Under the pieces are notes generated by a model. The model was not told the origin of the DNA. It saw nothing but the letters and a program-made list of their open reading frames with translations, and made no database searches. Below, piece by piece: positions 15,810 to 19,231 of a stretch of 19,231 nt of DNA. Both the position numbers and the translations under genes were made by a program. Every line of letters begins with the position of its first letter. The stretch's first letter is position 1. Source of the stretch: an archaeon (GTDB lineage Archaea; Nanobdellota; Nanobdellia; Woesearchaeales; UBA9642); contig JAZDHK010000004.1 of the NCBI GenBank assembly GCA_043806035.1, positions 1 through 19,231 on the forward strand, written 5' to 3'.

Positions 15810-16583
15810 TTATTGCGGCAGGTGCTTGTAGAGGTCAACGAGTTCTGTGTGATCGTTGAAAAGTGCTTTGGGCAATGCAAGTATGTGTGCGCTCTGCGGG
15901 CAGGAGAGCTGCACGACCTGCGGTGCAGACCCGTCGTCGTTGAAGACAAATGGCAGAGGAGAGATGGTAAATGCGTTCGAGCTCATGGCGAGCGTGTCTT
16001 TCTTTTCACAGGTGCTGTCCTTGTCCAGGTAGGCGCACATGACCATCTTCGTGAGCTGCTCTCCGTCGTAGACGGGAGTGATGGTGATGTTGCTCGTGAT
16101 GACTTGTTCGTTGCTGTCCTGCGCAATTTGGTAGGTGCTGCAGTCGATGCTGGTGATTCTTCCTAAGCTGTCCGTGTCGGTTCGCAGGTAGAAGTCGTGC
16201 TCAACATACTGCGTGTCCTTCTTTGTTTCTTGATAGCATCCTGCACGGATGAGTAGACTTTTCAGCGCAGTGTCGCAGTCCATCTCGATTTTCGCTCCTG
16301 ACGTGATGAGGGTGTCATTGTGCCTGTTCTTGGCGATGTCGAAGATGAAGTAGCTCTTCCATTGCCTGTCCTGGAAGTACACGTTGGTTTCTTCCCAGTC
16401 TGCCCTACCATAGGGAAGACCAGAGAGGTGATCAATCGCCTGCATAATTGGAGTGAACGGCTTGTCGAGCCGTGACAATGCAGGCGTCTGCCGTATTTGT
16501 TCGGGAATTTCTTTCTGGGGAATGCTTGCTGCAATGAGCAGCGCTGTCGTTCCTGCCAGACCTATGCCAAGTAGCTTGTTCAT
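15810..16583 (-). CDS. Hypothetical secreted or membrane-anchored protein (257 aa)
   Basis: MNKLLGIGLAGTTALLIAA signal-like N-terminus. AGGTGA SD upstream of ATG 16583 (alternative GTG at 16592). TATA TTTAAATA at 16617-16624. Six Cys in the mature part. Confidence 0.75.
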   Translation of the reverse strand: MNKLLGIGLAGTTALLIAASIPQKEIPEQIRQTPALSRLDKPFTPIMQAIDHLSGLPYGRADWEETNVYFQDRQWKSYFIFDIAKNRHNDTLITSGAKIEMDCDTALKSLLIRAGCYQETKKDTQYVEHDFYLRTDTDSLGRITSIDCSTYQIAQDSNEQVITSNITITPVYDGEQLTKMVMCAYLDKDSTCEKKDTLAMSSNAFTISPLPFVFNDDGSAPQVVQLSCPQSAHILALPKALFNDHTELVDLYKHLPQ

Positions 16584-16766
16584 GACTATCACCTACTCCG
16601 GAAAAATCTCCGCACATATTTAAATCCTGTCTTTTTTTCACTTGTTTCAAGTGTACTTTCTGTTGGTGGGTAAGAATATTGTCACTGTTTTGGAGGAAAT
16701 AATTGTGCAGTAATTTGCCGCATGCGCAATAAGTCATATAAAGAGAAAGCCATTCTTTTTTTTTGC

Positions 16767-19118
16767 ATGCTCCTCACGTCCCTGTCCTTGGAGAATATCC
16801 GCTCCTACACCAAGCAGACGCTAACTTTTTCTCAAGGCACGACCCTGCTGCTTGGCGATATAGGATCAGGAAAGTCAACCGTGCTTCTCGCCATAGAATT
16901 CGCACTTTTTGGAATCCTTCGCGGAGAGAATTCAGGACAGCTGTTGCTCAGGCACGGCTGCAGAGAAGGAAAAGTCACGCTTGCGCTCGACATTGATGGC
17001 AAGGACGTCAGCATCACGAGAACCCTCAAGAAGACCAAGCAAGGCATTGTCCAGGACACGGGAACATTGAGCATCAACGGCCTCGCCGAGCAGTACACCC
17101 CGCTCGAGCTCAAAGCGCACATCATCGACCTGCTAGGCTACCCACAAGAGTTCATCATGAAAAGCAATGCCCTGCTCTACCGGTACACGATGTACTGCCC
17201 ACAAGAAGAAATGACGGCCATCCTGCACGACACGGAGGAAGACCGGATCAACACCATCCGGCTCATCTTCAATCTCGACAAGTACAAGCGCATCATCGAG
17301 AATGCAGCCCTCGTCGTGCGGGAACTCAAGACGGACAAGGCGGTCTTGCAGCAGAAGACAGCAGGTCTTGATGCAGAACTGGAACGGCTGCACTCGCTCA
17401 ACAGCACCATCCGCGCGCTCGATGAGCAGGAAAAGGATGTGCTGGAGCAGAAAGATGCCATAGCCAACGACCTCAAGGACGCGCTTGCACAGCTCGAACA
17501 GCTTGAACGGCAGCACCAGCAGAGAAGGCAGCTGCAGCAGCACTTGCAATTCACGGAAGAACGACTCCTGGAGAAAGAGCAGCAACTTGCAAAACTACGT
17601 ATAGAGAATGAACAGCTGCAAACACAACATATTGCCATTCCTCCGACCAGATTACTGGATGAAGTCAAGGAAGAGCTCGATGTTCTCGAACAGGAACAGA
17701 AGAAGCTGCTGCTCAAGATGAACGCGGCCTCCATTCGCATCCAGGAAAAGCAGCAATTGCTCAAACGACAGGCTGTTTCTCCATTGCTTGCCGAGTCGCG
17801 TGCGCGGGAAGCCCAGCTCAAAGATGTGCTGAAATATGATGATACTGCATTGCTCGAGCGCAAGGAACACGAGCACGCAGCGCGCCAGGCGCGAGTGCAG
17901 GCACTGCAGCAGCAACGCAAAACACTGCTGGACAAACGAACAAAATTTTTACACATGAGCACCTGCCCTACCTGCCTGCAACAACTCACACCTGAGCACA
18001 AACAACACGTCCAGCAGGAGTACGATGCCGCGCTTGCAGACATTGACGCAGAAGTGCATAGGCTAGATCCTGCAGTCCATCTCGCAGAGCTTGTCACGCT
18101 CAGGGAATCATGCAAGAACCGGGCAGTCATGGAGAAAGAGCTCATCGCGTTGCAACAACGCATCATCCACTACGCACAAGAAGAACAGCACGTCAATCAG
18201 GCACGGCAAGAGATCATGGCATTGGAACGACTGCTGGGCAATCTCCATCCTGAGCAGCACACGCCAAAACTGCTGTTGCTGAAACAGGAGTACGATGCTG
18301 CCCTGCAGGCAGCGCAGGCACACGTGCGCCAGGAGGAGCTCATGAGAAGAAAGAAAGCACTGCTGCAGGACATGGAACAACTGCAGGCCATGCTCAACGA
18401 GCTTGCCATTGCAAAACAGGAAGACCTGCATGCCCTGTACGCATTACGCGACCTGCCCAGCATCGACGACAAAAGAGAGACGCAACGTGCACTGCAGCGC
18501 AGGCACGCAGACCTTCTCGCCATGCAAACGGGCATCAGCAAGGAAAAGGACATGCTCCGCCAGCAAGCCACGCAGCTCCACGAGACGGTGCAGGAGAAAC
18601 AGCGGGCAGTGCTCGTGCTTGAAAAGGTGCAGCACCTCCAGCATTGGCTCGACGCATTCTTCATTCCTGCAGTCGCCGCCATAGAAAAACACACGTTGCA
18701 TGCCGTGCACAACCACTGCCAAGACGCCTTTGCATACTGGACGGGCCTCATGCTCGACGATGTCAGCGTGCGCCTCGATGAGTACTTCACGCCCATCATC
18801 GAGCAGAACGGCTACGAGAGCACGATTGCGCACTTGAGCGGAGGGGAGCGAACGAGCATAGCCTTGGCATACCGTCTCGCCCTGCACGAGGTCATCAACA
18901 CGTTCATCAGCACCCTCAAGACAAAGGACGTGCTCATCCTGGACGAGCCGACGGACGGCTTCTCCTCGGAACAACTGGACAAGATGCAGGACATCTTCAG
19001 GCAGCTCAAGACGAAACAGGTGATTTTAGTGAGCCACGAGGCGAAAGTGGAGCAGTTCGTGGACCGCATCGTCGCAGTCGAGAAGACAGGACATGCGAGC
19101 AACGTTATCTTTAAATAA
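16767..19118 (+). CDS. rad50: DNA double-strand break repair ATPase Rad50 (SbcC/SMC-like)
   Basis: LENIRSY, Walker A GDIGSGKS, Q-loop YCPQ, long coiled coil with a central zinc hook CPTC (17964-17975, residue 400 of 783), signature LSGGE, Walker B ILDEPT and VSHE. Start re-called to ATG 16767, with TATAAAG at 16737. Confidence 0.92.
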   Translation: MLLTSLSLENIRSYTKQTLTFSQGTTLLLGDIGSGKSTVLLAIEFALFGILRGENSGQLLLRHGCREGKVTLALDIDGKDVSITRTLKKTKQGIVQDTGTLSINGLAEQYTPLELKAHIIDLLGYPQEFIMKSNALLYRYTMYCPQEEMTAILHDTEEDRINTIRLIFNLDKYKRIIENAALVVRELKTDKAVLQQKTAGLDAELERLHSLNSTIRALDEQEKDVLEQKDAIANDLKDALAQLEQLERQHQQRRQLQQHLQFTEERLLEKEQQLAKLRIENEQLQTQHIAIPPTRLLDEVKEELDVLEQEQKKLLLKMNAASIRIQEKQQLLKRQAVSPLLAESRAREAQLKDVLKYDDTALLERKEHEHAARQARVQALQQQRKTLLDKRTKFLHMSTCPTCLQQLTPEHKQHVQQEYDAALADIDAEVHRLDPAVHLAELVTLRESCKNRAVMEKELIALQQRIIHYAQEEQHVNQARQEIMALERLLGNLHPEQHTPKLLLLKQEYDAALQAAQAHVRQEELMRRKKALLQDMEQLQAMLNELAIAKQEDLHALYALRDLPSIDDKRETQRALQRRHADLLAMQTGISKEKDMLRQQATQLHETVQEKQRAVLVLEKVQHLQHWLDAFFIPAVAAIEKHTLHAVHNHCQDAFAYWTGLMLDDVSVRLDEYFTPIIEQNGYESTIAHLSGGERTSIALAYRLALHEVINTFISTLKTKDVLILDEPTDGFSSEQLDKMQDIFRQLKTKQVILVSHEAKVEQFVDRIVAVEKTGHASNVIFK
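19110..19117 (+). promoter_or_regulatory. TATA box of tRNA-Pro, embedded in the last codons of rad50
   Basis: TTTAAATA spans the Phe-Lys-stop codons, 33 nt before the tRNA 5' end. Confidence 0.7.
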
Positions 19119-19142
19119 TAGCGGGAACTCTTTCTCAGAAAC

Positions 19143-19230
19143 GGGGCTGTGGTCTAGCTTGGTATGATTCTACCTTGGGGACAAAACGCCAGAATGGTAG
19201 AGATCGGGGGTTCAAATCCTCCCAGCCCCA
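19143..19230 (+). tRNA. tRNA-Pro(GGG) with 14-nt intron at 37/38 (intron 19181-19194)
   Basis: Acceptor GGGGCTG/CAGCCCC plus A, anticodon stem CTACC/GGTAG, loop TT-GGG-G|T, T-arm GGGGG-TTCAAAT-CCTCC. BHB central helix TTGG/CCAG with bulge AA|T. Mature length 74 nt, and the next base is T, so no encoded CCA. Confidence 0.93.
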
Positions 19231-19231
19231 T

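Noticed and set aside
17177-18799. Long Cys/Ser-rich antisense ORFs (329 aa, 200 aa) opposite rad50
   Set aside because: The Cys/Ser runs mirror CAG/GAG/CTG coiled-coil codons and are not a metallothionein-like gene.
15766-19150. 10-bp direct repeat ACGGGGCTGT at 15766-15775 and 19141-19150, resembling att sites around the orphan and rad50
   Set aside because: Both copies fall in tRNA acceptor stems at the 5' ends of oppositely oriented tRNAs. There is no integrase and no duplicated tRNA 3' end, and the cargo includes a core gene.
19143-19230. Reading the last tRNA as Pro(TGG)
   Set aside because: The D-stem register (GTC/GAT), 5-nt variable loop and BHB geometry all place GGG at positions 34-36.
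1-19231. CRISPR array, diversity-generating retroelement, prophage, IS element or defence island
   Set aside because: No repeat-spacer periodicity, template/variable repeat pair, reverse transcriptase, integrase, transposase or recognisable defence domain was seen by eye.

Overview
Gene-dense archaeal chromosomal segment. Evidence for archaea: TATA boxes about 28-30 nt before most start codons, two CCA-less tRNA genes with bulge-helix-bulge (BHB) introns at position 37/38, and an A1-U72 tRNA-Gln. A DPANN (Woesearchaeota-like) source is my inference from gene content, not proven. In order it carries MgtC/SapB, a CDF metal exporter, an NDT-like protein, a coupled ABC half-transporter/M32 carboxypeptidase/zinc-finger operon, a divergent soluble 965-aa LonC-like protease, an orphan, an alkaline-phosphatase-superfamily enzyme, VKOR, two HAD hydrolases flanking a bacterial-type GapN, a DtxR-family repressor with its own palindromic operator coupled to an Nramp transporter, tRNA-Gln(TTG), a secreted orphan, a stand-alone Rad50 and tRNA-Pro(GGG). 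I found no integrase, transposase, CRISPR array or recognisable defence system. The best leads are (1) the 64-nt tRNA-Gln intron, which parses as a canonical 21-nt intron plus a 43-nt REP-like hairpin insert with an A-tract and a 4-bp direct repeat, and (2) the divergent Lon-like protease / ABC-carboxypeptidase locus, a possible peptide-scavenging module. All family calls come from motif recognition; no database searches were run.
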